A DNA stretch of 64,000 nt from Rhizodiscina lignyota (taxonomy: Eukaryota): NCBI GenBank assembly GCA_010015805.1, contig ML978123.1, forward strand, positions 124,001 through 188,000, given 5' to 3'. The translations under genes and the position numbers were made by a program. Below, in pieces: positions 27,134 to 39,484 of this stretch (positions are counted from its first letter, which is position 1; each line of letters opens with the position of its first letter). The notes under the pieces are model-generated. The model saw only the letters and a program-made list of their open reading frames with translations, was not told where the DNA came from and searched no databases.

Positions 27134-28114
27134 TTTTGATGCCAACCTGGCTGTGTAGTAAGAGCGTCCATGATTAATTAATGTCTAACGTACCTCAACT
27201 TTTGTGTAGTGTGCTGTTTGTGGAGAAGAGGTTGTAGAGGTTTAAATAAGGTATGAACTATAGTTGTGTGTGGTGCGCACGGCCCACAGTATTCGCTGGC
27301 AAGTGTTTATGCTCGTGTGAGAAACACATACGGAGGCACATGAATCTGATATTCCTTCCATCTCCGCTACCTCACTACCAGCAAGCAACAATTCAATTAA
27401 CAAGCATTACTCCTCGATGGTAGTACTGTTATAAAGGAAAAGCATCTGATATTCGAGCCTCTATCTATCGTGCTAGAGTTTCTCACGTGCGCGAGGATAG
27501 CTTCCTCACTGCCAGGCGCTCCAAGGCCCCTGGCGCGCTCTGATCCTTGGATCGCACAGTCGGCACCGATGTCCACCGAGTTGTCGGGTGACTTGTTTAA
27601 TGACGTCGAAGAATACGAATGTTTAATCTTAATTCTATTCTAAATAGTTCATAATGAGCCTTAATTTCGTTATCTTCCGAAGTGACGTACACCTCGACGG
27701 CTAAAAATACATCTGGCCCCAATGTAGTCGCCGCCCGTTCGGAGATTAGCGCCACGATCCTATCACAATCCGTCTCTCCCAACGTCACTCTTTAGCATAT
27801 GAGATGTCCATGCGTGTGTCCAAAGCATTCTAGCTGAGAAAGCTATGATGCGTTCTCAAATTCGAGTTATTATTTACGAGCTTCTCGTCTTATGCCAACG
27901 ATGACATCTCTACCTGTCTCCGTCGGTTCATACTCCTCCACGAACCTCCAACCTCGAGCTGATACTATACTTCAACGAGCCACTTATAAGTTTATTCGCA
28001 GTTCTTGCAAGAGCTTCAAGATTACCTCAATACGGACTCCTCATCGAGAATATAGTCGTAGCGCGACTGAGAGTCGAGGGAAAAGTTGTAATTGACCGTG
28101 GGGTTGGATGCAAG

Positions 28115-28690
28115 TCGTAACGCCTAAAAGCGAGCAGCTCTGGCATTTCAAGGTAGACAATACTACCTCTGAAAGCTTAGTTCTGCGTTCCTCGGAGTGT
28201 ACTAACAATAGTGGCTCATTGAATAACTTGTGCGCTTTGTTGGTCCTGGAGGCTAGATGTCCAAACTGTTAAATGGCTTGAAAGCAGCGGCCAACCTTTC
28301 TGTCACCCTCGGACGTGGGCGGAATACGAGTAAGCTGGTGGGAATACGACACATCTCGGGGACCACTTGGGAATTTTCGTCTTTGAAAAATGGGCTTACA
28401 AGTCTAAGGACAGCAAGATGCAGTAGTAGTGCATTTCATTGTGCTACTAAAACCTAGAGACATGAATGTCGCCGTAGGCTTTCTCGAGGACGATAAAATG
28501 GTTGCCTGCCGGGCATCCAGTAATGCTCAAGAGTAAAGAGCTCTTTCATTTCAGGGTGAGTGAGAGTATCTCTGAAAGTTCAGTTATACGGACTTCGGAG
28601 TATACTAAACAATAGTGAACCTTTGAAAAACTTGAACACTTCGTTAATAATGGAGGCTACATGCCATTGCTATTCAGCGGCTTGGAAGCT
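28115..28690 (+). repeat. Degenerate direct repeat (about 170 bp x2, about 403 bp period), each copy carrying intron-like signals
   Basis: Copy 1 about 28115-28285 (catttcaaggtag..ctctgaaagcttagtt..cggagtgtactaacaatagtg..tggaggctagatg..ggcttgaaagc). Copy 2 about 28518-28690 (catttcagggtgag..ctctgaaagttcagtt..cggagtatactaaacaatagtg..tggaggctacatg..ggcttggaagc). Confidence 0.8.
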
Positions 28691-28968
28691 TCAATTAACT
28701 CCTTTATCACCTTCGACGCGTGTAGCAATAGCCCATTTCCAATCAATCTTATCTTACTGTGTTATCATGAAAATTTTTCAATGTGCGGTCAGGCAGCCAA
28801 ACACACGGCCACGGAAATTTTTCCTATGGAAACCGCATTTGGAAAACACTTCTCTCTCTCTCCTCTTCTTCTTCGTCGCACAACAATTTCCTCTCCATCA
28901 CCTTCCACACACAATCGCCACCATCACTCCTCAGCGCTTATCTCCGCTGAAAGCTACGGTTTAGTATC

Positions 28969-30192
28969 ATGGCAGACTACACTGGCGAAGAGCTGCAGCA
29001 AGGCAGCATTGACGAAGAGCAGCCTCCCCACCCCGCAGCGCCGCAGCCGCCGCAGCCGGCCACCATCTTCGCCTCACGGAAACGGGCGAGAAGTCCGTCT
29101 GATGCTGCTGATGACCACGACGGCTTCACCTACTTCATCGACATCTTCTTCCCACCCTGGAGCCGGGTGTCTGAGTGTGAGGAGGTCGGCATCGCCATCG
29201 AGGTGATCAGAAAGCTCGAGGACGAGCTTTTCTGTGCCCAAGTGAACAATCTAGACTACTATATCGTGGAGCACCGTGCAGCGCTGATTGCTGTCCGATC
29301 TCGCTTCTGGTCACCGAAAGCTCTGGCCAGGATCTACACGGCCATCGGCAAGTACGACAGCCGGAATAAAGTACAGCGCGGCCAGACCGAGGCCAACAAC
29401 CGCCTGGCGGAAGAAGGCCCTCGCCTGCTGTCGTTGGAACGGGCATTCTACGGCAGCCAGCACATCCTCCAGCCAGGGGGAGCCGCAGCCTTCGCACGGG
29501 AGGCCTGGCAGTCCCCCTGGAAGTCCCGGGGCGGGCAAGACCGTCTTGTCCTATGGACAGACGGCTCCTACCTCACAGGGGATCGGGAGGGCGGTGCTGC
29601 TGTCGTGCACCGTGGGCTCCGACGCGGTGATGGCGGTTGGTCTCGCGGCTTCACGGTGCGCGGCCTCTACAGATCCGTCGACTTGGAGCTTATAGCGCTG
29701 ATGCTGGCGATGGAGCAGGCGGTGGAGCTCATCATGGCGGATCCGAGCCCGCCGGCATCTCGTGAGGAGGACGATCGGACGCTCCTGCCGAAGATCGTCA
29801 TCCTCACCGACTGCCAGTCGGCGCTCTTCCGCCTTGAGAACTTCACCAGGGGAGAGCAGCAGGAGAACTCGTGGTACGTCTGGAGATAATCTGCTTTAAG
29901 AGCAGTCTTACTGTCTTTTAGGCTGGCGGAGGAGATCACGCGCTACTCGTCGATACTCCGCGATCGCGGGTATTGGACGGAGTTGCGTTGGGTGCCCGGC
30001 CACCAGGGGATAAGAGGCAATGAGAGGGCGGACAATGTGGCTGGGATGGCAAGGGCGTGGCTGACGTCCAACATGCCAGAGGAGAGAGCGGGCGGGGGCG
30101 TGAATTGGAAGGAGTAAGTGGACTGACGACTCGGTCGGCATACTGATGTTACTTCTCTTAGGGTTGTATCGCAGCATTGGGAGGAACGGTAG
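28969..30192 (+). CDS. RNase H type-1 domain protein (non-LTR-retrotransposon-like RNase H) with unknown N-terminal domain
   Basis: Exons 28969-29873, 29922-30113, 30162-30192 (two 48-nt GT-AG introns). All four catalytic motifs are present: LWTDGS, DLELIAL, ILTDCQSAL, and after splicing LRWVPGHQGIRGNERADNVA. Confidence 0.88.
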
Positions 30193-30584
30193 AGGCCCGG
30201 GCGGTGAGGTTCGGTGGTGGTGGTCTTGCAGGAAGGAAGGGAGGCAGAGGGTCCGGTGGGGAGGGAGGATGAGGGTGGGAGGGAGGGAAGGATGCGTAGA
30301 TGGAAGCTCAAATGACAGATGCAATTCGCTCCGCCTATCACCGTGCTGCCCTCGAGGAAGGATGATCGTTTATTGAATTGCTACCCAGCAACGTGCAAAC
30401 TGTAAACAGAACCCTCCGCGGAGGCGCGTTAACATGGCAATCTCTTGGAATTGGCATTGCTACACGTGTGAGCGAATAGAAGGCTACTATATCTCTAAGA
30501 AAACGAATTCGCTCACTGATATTAGGCAATGGATGACAACACCGGGTAGGTAATACGGCCGTACGCACCGCACTCAACTATTAT

Positions 30585-32847
30585 TTAAATTGGTTCAGCT
30601 CCAATGTACCGCCTGCTCATGTCCTCTCTAACCCATTCTTCTATCTTTCCGCTCACTTCGCCAACCAGCATCTCGTACGTATCACTCATGACGAAGAGCC
30701 CACAATGCGCACCGACTTCGTCCACGCCTCTCATGTACACACGCACCCAAGCTGGATCACGCGAACCGTCGGCGCGCTTTGATGGCAGCATGCAGAACTT
30801 CTTGTCTTTCTTCCTCTTCTCGCTTTCGTCCTCTCCCCCAAGAGAACGGCCTCGATCATCTGTATCCACGGTCGATATGGTGGTGAGAGCCGTTCCAATT
30901 TCCGAGGGCGCGACAAGAGATTGTGCATCAGCATTCGCATCTGACTGTGAGCCAGATGGCACATTTTGCCGATGAGAGGCCATAGCTGTCGACTCGGCGG
31001 TCATGTATCTCTTGAGAATCTCCTGTTCCTCATTTGCCTCGCCCGATTCATGTTGCGCTCTATTATCAGCGTCCCCAGATTTGACGTCTGAGACGGCACC
31101 GTTGTCCGGAGCCTTGGCATTTCCTGCTTCAGGCTCCAGGTTAGGCTCTTCCTCTGGCACTTGTGGAGCGTTTGACATCTTCTTGGACTTCGCCTCGAGC
31201 TTTGACCTGTCCTTCAAGGCGCGATTGCGATCTTTGACGGCCTGTTTGTATGCTTTCATTGCGCGCGCATGTTGCCTCTCCATGACCCTACGAACATTCT
31301 TGTCCCGGAACTGTTGAAGATCGATTGGCTCTGGCTCCTTTGGCAGTGGTGGTATCTCCGGTAGCTGGAGCGACTCCCTGTCATTTTCTTCCACAGTTTT
31401 TACTGACATGGCGAAGCTCGACTCCGATTCATCGTCATCTGGTACGAGCGAGACAGGTGTCTCTGGTACGTCTGCCTCTTTCTGCACAATCCCTTCATCG
31501 CGATGTTCCTCGAGCGATATCCTTGGACTATTTGACGGGGATCGAGAACTGGGCCGACTTGCGACATTAGACAAATCGGGAAGGCTAAGATTTTGGCCAT
31601 CCAGAACAGCTCTCGACCTTTCGGCTTCTTCATTCTGGCGTGAACGAGATCGAGATTTCGGCTTTTTTGGTCGCCCCGTGCTCGCCGTGTAGTAATTGAC
31701 AAATCTCACTCGAGGAACTTCTCTGACTGTCTTGGCAATTCTTCCTCCTTGGCCTTGCCTCCGTTGTTGCTCTTCGTCTTCCTCCAGTGATCTGATACGA
31801 CCGTACCGTTGTCTCAGACTGGGATAGTCTGCCATCGCGCCCCCGAACTCCATATGTGACTTGACATACTGCCGAGATGCTGTAACTAGATTGTTCCCGT
31901 GTTTGTTGAGGAAATGCATAGCGGATTGCCATCCTTTCCTGATTGGAAGATCGATATCGTTGTTAAATTTCGGGTTGAAGTTCGGGTCAGGATTATCAGG
32001 GGAAAAGATCGTATCCTGCCTGGTTGGAAGCTGGGATGCTGTCGAGCCAGAGTAAGACGAGATTGGACTCAGCGCTCCGTCGCTACTCTCCATCGTCGTG
32101 GTCGAAGATGATCGAGGTATACTTGTTGAGGATGCTGATGGGGACCCTGGGCCAGGTCTCTGGGACTTCTGCTCCGGAGACTCTGCCGGACGGAAGAGAC
32201 TCGCAAGGCCACTGCCTATCACGCCAGGGTGCATGCCGAGGAAAGGAACATCGAAGTTTATAACCCCGAGGATACGATGTCGAAATGCCTGTCCGGTAGC
32301 TGGGGAGTGCGGAGGGAGCAGCACTATCTCACCGGCAACAAGTCCGCCCATGGAATGCCCCAGGAGAACCACGTCCGTATCGGGAGACTCATGAGGCGTA
32401 AGCCTTATAAATATGTCAGACTTAAAATAGAGAGAGTGTTCAGAAAATCGAAGATACCAACCATTTGCTGAAGTCCTCTGTGGCGAAATCAATACTTTTC
32501 CGCGAACGGTATCGAGGATAGATTTTGGTATGAACAACATGGCTATCAGCAAGCAGGACTTTCGTCAAATTGTGGACATGGGCCGGAAAGCTCTTGAAGC
32601 TTGTCTCCGCGCCCATGAAGCCATGAATGTAGATAAGGACGAGCTTTCTCCGGGAGTCCCCAGCATTACGTTCTGGAACGAGAGATTGTGTTGATGACGA
32701 CCTGGGGTCTTCTGGAGAGAGAGAAGCAAAGGGATAAGGATTATTGGGTATCTCTGAATATGGCGGCAGCTCTTCGGATTGCGGAGGAATATGAGTTGAG
32801 CTACTTGCTCGGGGAGGGAGTGGAGGCGGCCGCGGTTTGCTTGCCAT
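30585..32847 (-). CDS. Alpha/beta-hydrolase fold protein (DUF676/lipase-like serine esterase)
   Basis: Exons 32847-32462 and 32403-30585 (AAG acceptor). Motifs LIYIHGFMG, nucleophile GHSMGG, FDVPFLG, DEVGAHCGLF. Confidence 0.85.
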
Positions 32848-33315
32848 GGTTGAACGATGACAACGAAGACATGGATTGGAATTTTATAGAGAGAGCGACG
32901 CTTTCCAATTGTATTTAGAAGACACTTCCAAAACACAGCACCCAGAAGGCAGGCGGATAAAGTCGAGGCTCGGTTGATATCAACAGAGATCCTCCGCCCA
33001 CGTCATGTTTTATGCTGCTCAGCCACACCTTCACTTGCCGCTCGCTCTCGCCCGAGCATCCCTGTCGGGTGTGGCGCCAATCGCTTTTCCGTAACGGACG
33101 AAAAGCGAGTGCTTTGCCGCGGCAGATGCCGCGCCGCAAGCGCGAGTCTGCTCGTCATGCAAAAGCTGCCTTAACGCGACGGCACTCGACTACCATAAGC
33201 CGAATCACTTTTGGACTGTCGCTCTCACTCGTACAACTCAGCGGCGGGCAGCGATACGTCCAAGGTATCGAAGCTCTCCCTTTCCCCCGTCCTACTCCTT
33301 CCTTCGCCTGTCGAC

Positions 33316-36078
33316 ATGTCAAACGTCCTACGGCAAACCAGCCGCATTGCTCGAATATCACGATCCCATCTCGAGACACCTTCGAAACTTACCCGCGCGA
33401 GTCCCGCATTCCTTACTCCGATACCACGGTATACTTGGGGTCATCAGAGATGTCGTCGCTACGCCACGGTACAACCGGAGGACCCGAAGGATCCTAAGGA
33501 GAAGAAGGAGACAGTCTCGGACGGTGCGCAGCAAGCAAATGTTGGGAAGAAAAGAGTGGACCAGCCGCTCGGTCGCAACCACAATGCATCAAGTTCATCG
33601 TCCGGCGGAGAGCATGGTGGCGAGCCAGAGCAGCCGGACAAGCAAGAGCAGAAATCCGTGAAGCTCACACCTGCAGAGGAGCAAGCAATAGATGCGTTGC
33701 TGGCGAACCTGAAGCAGGGTATGCCCTCTGCGCAGGCGAAACTGGTCGAGCGCGCTTTCCAGGATATCAAGGAGCAAGGGATTCCGAAAGAGATGCGTGA
33801 GGTAATGGACCAGCTGAAGGATGGTGCGCCTCTGGACCTCGCCACGGCAGCGAAATTAGTGCGAATGACAACGCAGATGGCTCGGCATGAGGCAGAGAGG
33901 AATGCGTCGAAGGCCGAGCCGGACCAAGAAGAGCCAAAGCAGAAGTCAGGAGCCCACGACCCGGGACCACAGAATCAGAGGAGCGAGAAGGACAAGAAAG
34001 ATCAGAGCCAAGGGTTTCAGCAGTTTGACTTCAAGTTCGATGCTGGGACAATGGTTACCGGCGCATTTCTCACATATTTGCTCTATCGGATGATTGTTCC
34101 AGGCGAAAACTCAAGAGAGATCACTTGGCAAGAGTTCAGGAGCACATTTTTGGATAAGGGACTTGTGGAGAAGGTCGTGGTCATGAACCAGAACAAAGCG
34201 AAAGTCTACCTGCATCGTGAGGCCGTTGCTTCAACGTATCCCGACTCTCCAGCGGCGCAGGGTAACTTCCACTATTATTTCACCATTGGCTCCGTCGAAG
34301 CGTTCGAGAGAAGAATGGACGAGGCACAGCAGGAGCTCCAAATACCATCATCAGAAAGGATACCGGTCGCGTATCAAGAAGACGTTCCATGGGTCGCAAC
34401 CCTGCTATCTTTCGGTCCTCAAATACTCATCATTGCTTCCATCCTATATTTCATGAGGCGAGCGGGATCTGGTGGTGCTGGCGGCCAGAGTGGGATTTTC
34501 GGCATGGGTCGCAGCCGTGCGAAGCGCTTCAACCATGAGACAGACATTAAGGTTAAATTTGCCGATGTCGCAGGCATGGACGAGGCAAAGCAAGAGATCA
34601 TGGAGTTTGTCAGCTTTCTGAAAGACCCTGGCATGTATCAGAAGCTGGGCGCAAAAATCCCACGAGGAGCCATCCTTTCTGGCCCGCCAGGTACTGGTAA
34701 GACTCTTCTTGCCAAGGCCACTGCGGGCGAGTCTGGGGTGCCATTCTTCAGTGTCAGCGGCTCAGAGTTCGTGGAAATGTTTGTTGGTGTCGGCCCGTCT
34801 CGTGTACGAGATCTCTTTGCGACAGCGCGGAAGAACACTCCCTGCATCATCTTCATCGATGAAATCGACGCCATTGGTCGGTCGAGATCAAAGCAGAATT
34901 TTGGAGGTGGCAATGACGAACGCGAGAGCACATTGAACCAGATTCTCACAGAAATGGACGGCTTCAACACCTCGGAGCAAGTTGTTGTCATTGCCGGTAC
35001 TAATAGACCAGACATCTTGGATAGTGCCCTCTTGAGGCCGGGACGTTTTGACAGGCATATCGCGATTGACAAACCCACGATGGAAGGCAGAAAGCAAATA
35101 TTTGCTGTTCACCTAAAGAAGATTGTCACCAAGGAAGACCAAGAGTATCTTCAAGGCAGGTTAGCGGCTCTCACTCCAGGGTTCTCTGGAGCAGATATTG
35201 CCAACTGTGTCAACGAAGCCGCCTTGATAGGTAAGGGATTCACAACGGTTAGCTATGAGAAAGGCAAATTGCTAACATAGTATGTAGCCGCTCGCTATCA
35301 CGCCGACAGCGTCGCAATGACCCACTTTGAGCAAGCCATTGAGAGAGTCATCGGCGGCTTGGAGAAGAAGTCCTTGGTCCTGTCACCCGAAGAGAAACGC
35401 ACAGTAGCTTACCACGAAGCTGGTCACGCCATTTGCGGCTGGTACTTCAAGTATGCGGATCCACTGCTCAAAGTTTCCATTATCCCTCGCGGCCAAGGTG
35501 CATTGGGCTATGCCCAATACTTGCCTGCGGGTGATACTTACCTCATGAACGTACACCAGCTCATGGACCGGATGGCGATGACGCTTGGTGGGCGTGTATC
35601 GGAAGAGTTGCACTTTGACACTGTTACCAGCGGGGCAAGCGATGATTTTAAGAAGGTCACGAGAATGGCTTCAGCAATGGTCACAAAGTTCGGCATGAGC
35701 AAGAAGGTCGGATATCTCTTCTTCGAGGACGACAATCAGCAGCAGTTCCAGAAGCCCTTCTCGGAAGAGACGGCCCGGAATATTGACTCCGAGGTCAGGA
35801 GGATAGTCGACGAAGCGTACAAGCAGTGCCGAGATCTGCTCACCGAGAAGAAGAAGGAAGTTGGGATAGTTGCGGAAGAGCTGCTGAAGAAGGAGATGCT
35901 GGGTAGAGATGATATGATCAGGCTGTTGGGACCGCGGCCGTTCGCCGACAAACATGAGGAGTTCGCGAAGTACTTTGGAAGCAGAGGGGATAGGGAGGGT
36001 CCGGACGAAGGCATTGCACCGTCGCCGCCACCAAAATTTCCACCCGGCTCGAGTCCGAATCCGGCGCCGACAATATGA
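33316..36078 (+). CDS. afg3: Mitochondrial m-AAA (FtsH-family) protease Afg3/Yta12
   Basis: Mitochondrial presequence, two TM segments, Walker A GPPGTGKT, Walker [12 protein letters not shown], intron 35231-35287, Zn-protease motif HEAGH. Afg3 versus Yta12 naming cannot be resolved by eye. Confidence 0.92.
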
Positions 36079-36505
36079 AGCGCATTTTGGATAGGGTTGT
36101 AGAATTGTACAGCGAGCATTTGCATTTTTAAAAGGGTTATCATTCCACTCCGAACCAAGGGACTGCCATCTTGGACTGTACAGTACATTTTCCGTCGCTT
36201 AGACTCACATCATTTGCCTGCGTTTCGACCGTGTGGCATAAATATCACAGAATCACAAATATTTCTACTATTGTTCCCATGTGTCTTTCTGTAGAACTAA
36301 ATACTATATGCTTCCCAAACGTACTACTGATTACTACCAGCAGAGACGCAACGGAGACACCAAGCACGCATTTAGGCTGCCAGGAAAGCCGACCACTGCC
36401 TTACGCTTGAGGGTGGGGAGTTCGCGAAGAAAGGTCCAGTAGTGAGAAAAGTCTCAGCTCTTTATGGCAACATTCCGCAAGGTTGTCATCAATTGGAGCT
36501 GAAAC

Positions 36506-37480
36506 TCATTGCTTCTTCCTCTTCGATCTCTCCATGAAATGCGCTTCAATGGATCTTCTTGGCTCGCCCGTCTCAAACGCTCTTCCGAAGGCTTCAATGC
36601 TTGCGTCTATTCCCGGACGGCCGGTTCCTCGTTCTTCCCAAGTCTAATTAGTCAGTATCTGGCATGGCGTGTAAAAGGGATCAAGCTTACTCTCATCAGC
36701 GCTTTTTGCGCCACTAACGCACCCGGTGCTGTCTTTGAAAATTTGTCTTCCCATTCCTTGATTTTATCATCAAGAGCTTCGCGGTCTACCACAGCATTGA
36801 CAAATCCCCACTGGAGTGCCACATCTGCATCAATCACATCGCCGAAATACAGAAGCTCTCTTGCCCTACCCCAGCCGACCAAGCCGGGAATCAATGTCGC
36901 CTGGACGACGGATGGCAGCCCCTGTCAGTTACCCATAAGTGAGCAAGGGACTTTCAGGATTGTAGTATCACTCTGTTCATGAAATACGTACTACTCTTGT
37001 CTCTGGCATTCCAAAAACCGTGCCCTGCCTCGTCGCGACTCTGAGATCACACGCCGCAGCAACCTCCATCCCAGCTCCAAGACACGGTCCATCCGTAACG
37101 GCTACGACAGGCACGCTGAAATCCTGTATCGTCCGACATAACAAATCGATATGCTGTATGAAAGTGCGTGCGCTTGCTGGGCTGTCAATGTCCCTCATGA
37201 AATTCAAGTCTGCGCCTGCGATTGTGGCGCTTAGGAATACCGCCCGAAGCCCATCATCTTCTTTCTCTAAATTTTGGAGGCATTTAGTGACCGTGTCCAT
37301 GCCACCTGGGGACAATATTGCAAAATTGCGGCCGGGCGTGGAAAATGTTAAATGTGCTGCGTACCCGCCTGTCTGCAGGGGACTCTTTCGGGTTTCCGTG
37401 GATAGACATCGTACTCGACGAGGGGTAGAGAAGGACTGGCGCAAGAGAGAGGGTCGCCGCAAGATTCTCTGAACACTCAT
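36506..37480 (-). CDS. Mitochondrial enoyl-CoA hydratase/isomerase (crotonase family)
   Basis: Exons 37480-36992, 36921-36691, 36643-36506. Motifs AGADL, GPCLGAGMEVAAACDLRVA, FGMPETRVGLPS; Arg/Ser-rich presequence. Confidence 0.9.
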
Positions 37481-37996
37481 TTCGATGTATATTCGAGGTG
37501 GACATTGAAAGTTTGAATTGACTATGAATAGATATACGGTGATCTTACGGTGCGCTATTGAGGAGCCGAGGATGGGCGGGGGATTTTCGTTATGACTAGA
37601 TCAGAAAAATTATCACCAAATATCCGGCCTAAACGACATGACCGTTTGAGTATCAGGTCAAAGTAATAGATCTCCTACTCCGCACGCATTCCCCATCTTA
37701 CGATATTTTATGGAAAAGATGTGGATGAGTTCTTCGACTTTGGGAAGTCCTGCATGTACGATGTCTATGACTAAGCGAAATCTAATATTACCGCCTGCCT
37801 TCATTCTCCATTCTTCATTCTTCATTTCTGGCCCTTCAATTTAGAAATAGTGATACCAACGTGACTGTCAATTTCAAGCCATTTCTAATGTCAGGTACGA
37901 CAAGCTTCGCGCAAACCGCTCCGCCATCAACTGCAAGAGGCTGTGGGACTGCGATCTGTGACCCCTGAAACATTGCCTCTTTCTCTACGGAGCAAT

Positions 37997-39103
37997 CTAT
38001 GGTTTAACAGCGAAAATCTTATATGAACCTGTGAAAATTGAATCAGAGGGTGGCTCTCGATCAATGCATTTCAAGTCTCTGACTTACCAGCCCATTCGTT
38101 CAGGTCGATAGAGTCCATATTTGGGAGTGTGTTCAAGTCCTCGCCTCCGGTCTTCGGCGGGCCTCCACAGCATGGTACCGTTCGCGGCCCACAGCAGCCG
38201 TTCTGCCCCCATTGCTCTTTAGATTCAGTCCTTCTCTTGCCATCTTCATCTGTGTCTAGGTAAACATTAAGATCGCTGTGGGTGTCAGCGATCAAAGTAT
38301 CTGTTTCTTGTCAGACAGAGTTGTTTTTGAAGACACTGCTTCCGTACCCTTGAAACCAGCATCTGCAAGATATTTCTCGTATTCATGGACTTGACTTGCC
38401 CCAGCAATACAGCCGACATAAAGAGCAATATCGTTTTGGATATTGTCTGGCAATGGCTGTCTGGCAAGGATATCGGACAGAGCAACACGACCACCTGGCT
38501 TCAGCAGACGGAACATCTCGTTGAATACGAGCTGCTTTTCTTCCTCAGGGACCAGATTGATAACGCAATTCGAAATCAGACAATCGGCGATCCCAGAGCC
38601 CAAAGCAATGTTTGTGATCTGAGACTGGACGAAATGGATGTTCTTCACCCCGGAATTCTCCTTGTTTGTATTTGCTCGAGCAAGCATGTCCTGTAGCGTT
38701 CCGTTACGATAAACCGACCGCTCAAATTCTTAAATTGTGACATGCATACCGGATTCATGTCCACACCTATTGCGCGCCCACTCGGGCCAACGTTCTTTGC
38801 TGCGAGAAAGACATCGAATCCAGCGCCACTTCCGAGATCGATAACAGTTTCGCCCTAGATGGATGACTGTCAGGCATAGTACGAGATCACCGTATTGTCA
38901 TGAGCACATACCTCCCGAAGACTGGCAATGGCTAGAGGGTTCCCGCAGCTCAACCCCAGATTCGCTTCCTCCGGAATGCTGGCCAGCTCTTCTTCGGAAT
39001 ACCCGAACGACTTTGCTACGGTTCTTCCATATTCGACATTGTCACTCTTCGATGCCGAACCATAATGGTCTTGTACATTTTGATAAATTTGGACAGCGTC
39101 CAT
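37997..39103 (-). CDS. arsM: Arsenite S-adenosylmethionine methyltransferase (ArsM/AS3MT family)
   Basis: Exons 39103-38912, 38854-38750, 38690-38348, 38300-38088, 38028-37997. Motifs [13 protein letters not shown] motif [39 protein letters not shown]-terminal GCCG..PCCGG. Confidence 0.92.
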
Positions 39104-39484
39104 TATTTGGTATGCAGTCTAAAGCCGGCTGGAATAACAGAATTTGGCAGGTCAAGTATATGCTGTGCAATAGATTCGAAGAACTTGGAAAGCTCCAACT
39201 CATCAAAGTCCAAGATATACTGGTCACCTCGAGTACCGCAGCCAATCATAGCACACATGTCGGTATGTCATCGAATACTTACCATTCGTGGTTAGCGCGA
39301 GTCCGCAGTCACGCGCCAAGCACACTGTACGAACGGATGTTGGCCGCTTGTAGATCTGCATTTCGCGGTTTATATTGGCCTCCGTTCATGTTCTCTTATT
39401 GAATTCGGTGGTATCGCTAATCCTGTTAAACAACTGCCTGGAGAGGAATTCGGCTCCCAACGAATCTGCAACTTGTCGGCGAAG

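Noticed and set aside
39277..39285. ATG|GTAAGT on the minus strand upstream of arsM (possible micro first exon)
   Set aside because: The ATG at 39103 already gives a typical ArsM N-terminus, and the branch site for such an intron is weak. Needs RNA data.
39104..39484. Search for a canonical Yap site (TTACTAA / TGATTAATAATCA) in the arsM-bZIP spacer
   Set aside because: None found. Only an imperfect inverted repeat TTACCAttcgTGGTTA near 39279-39294 is present, too weak to call.
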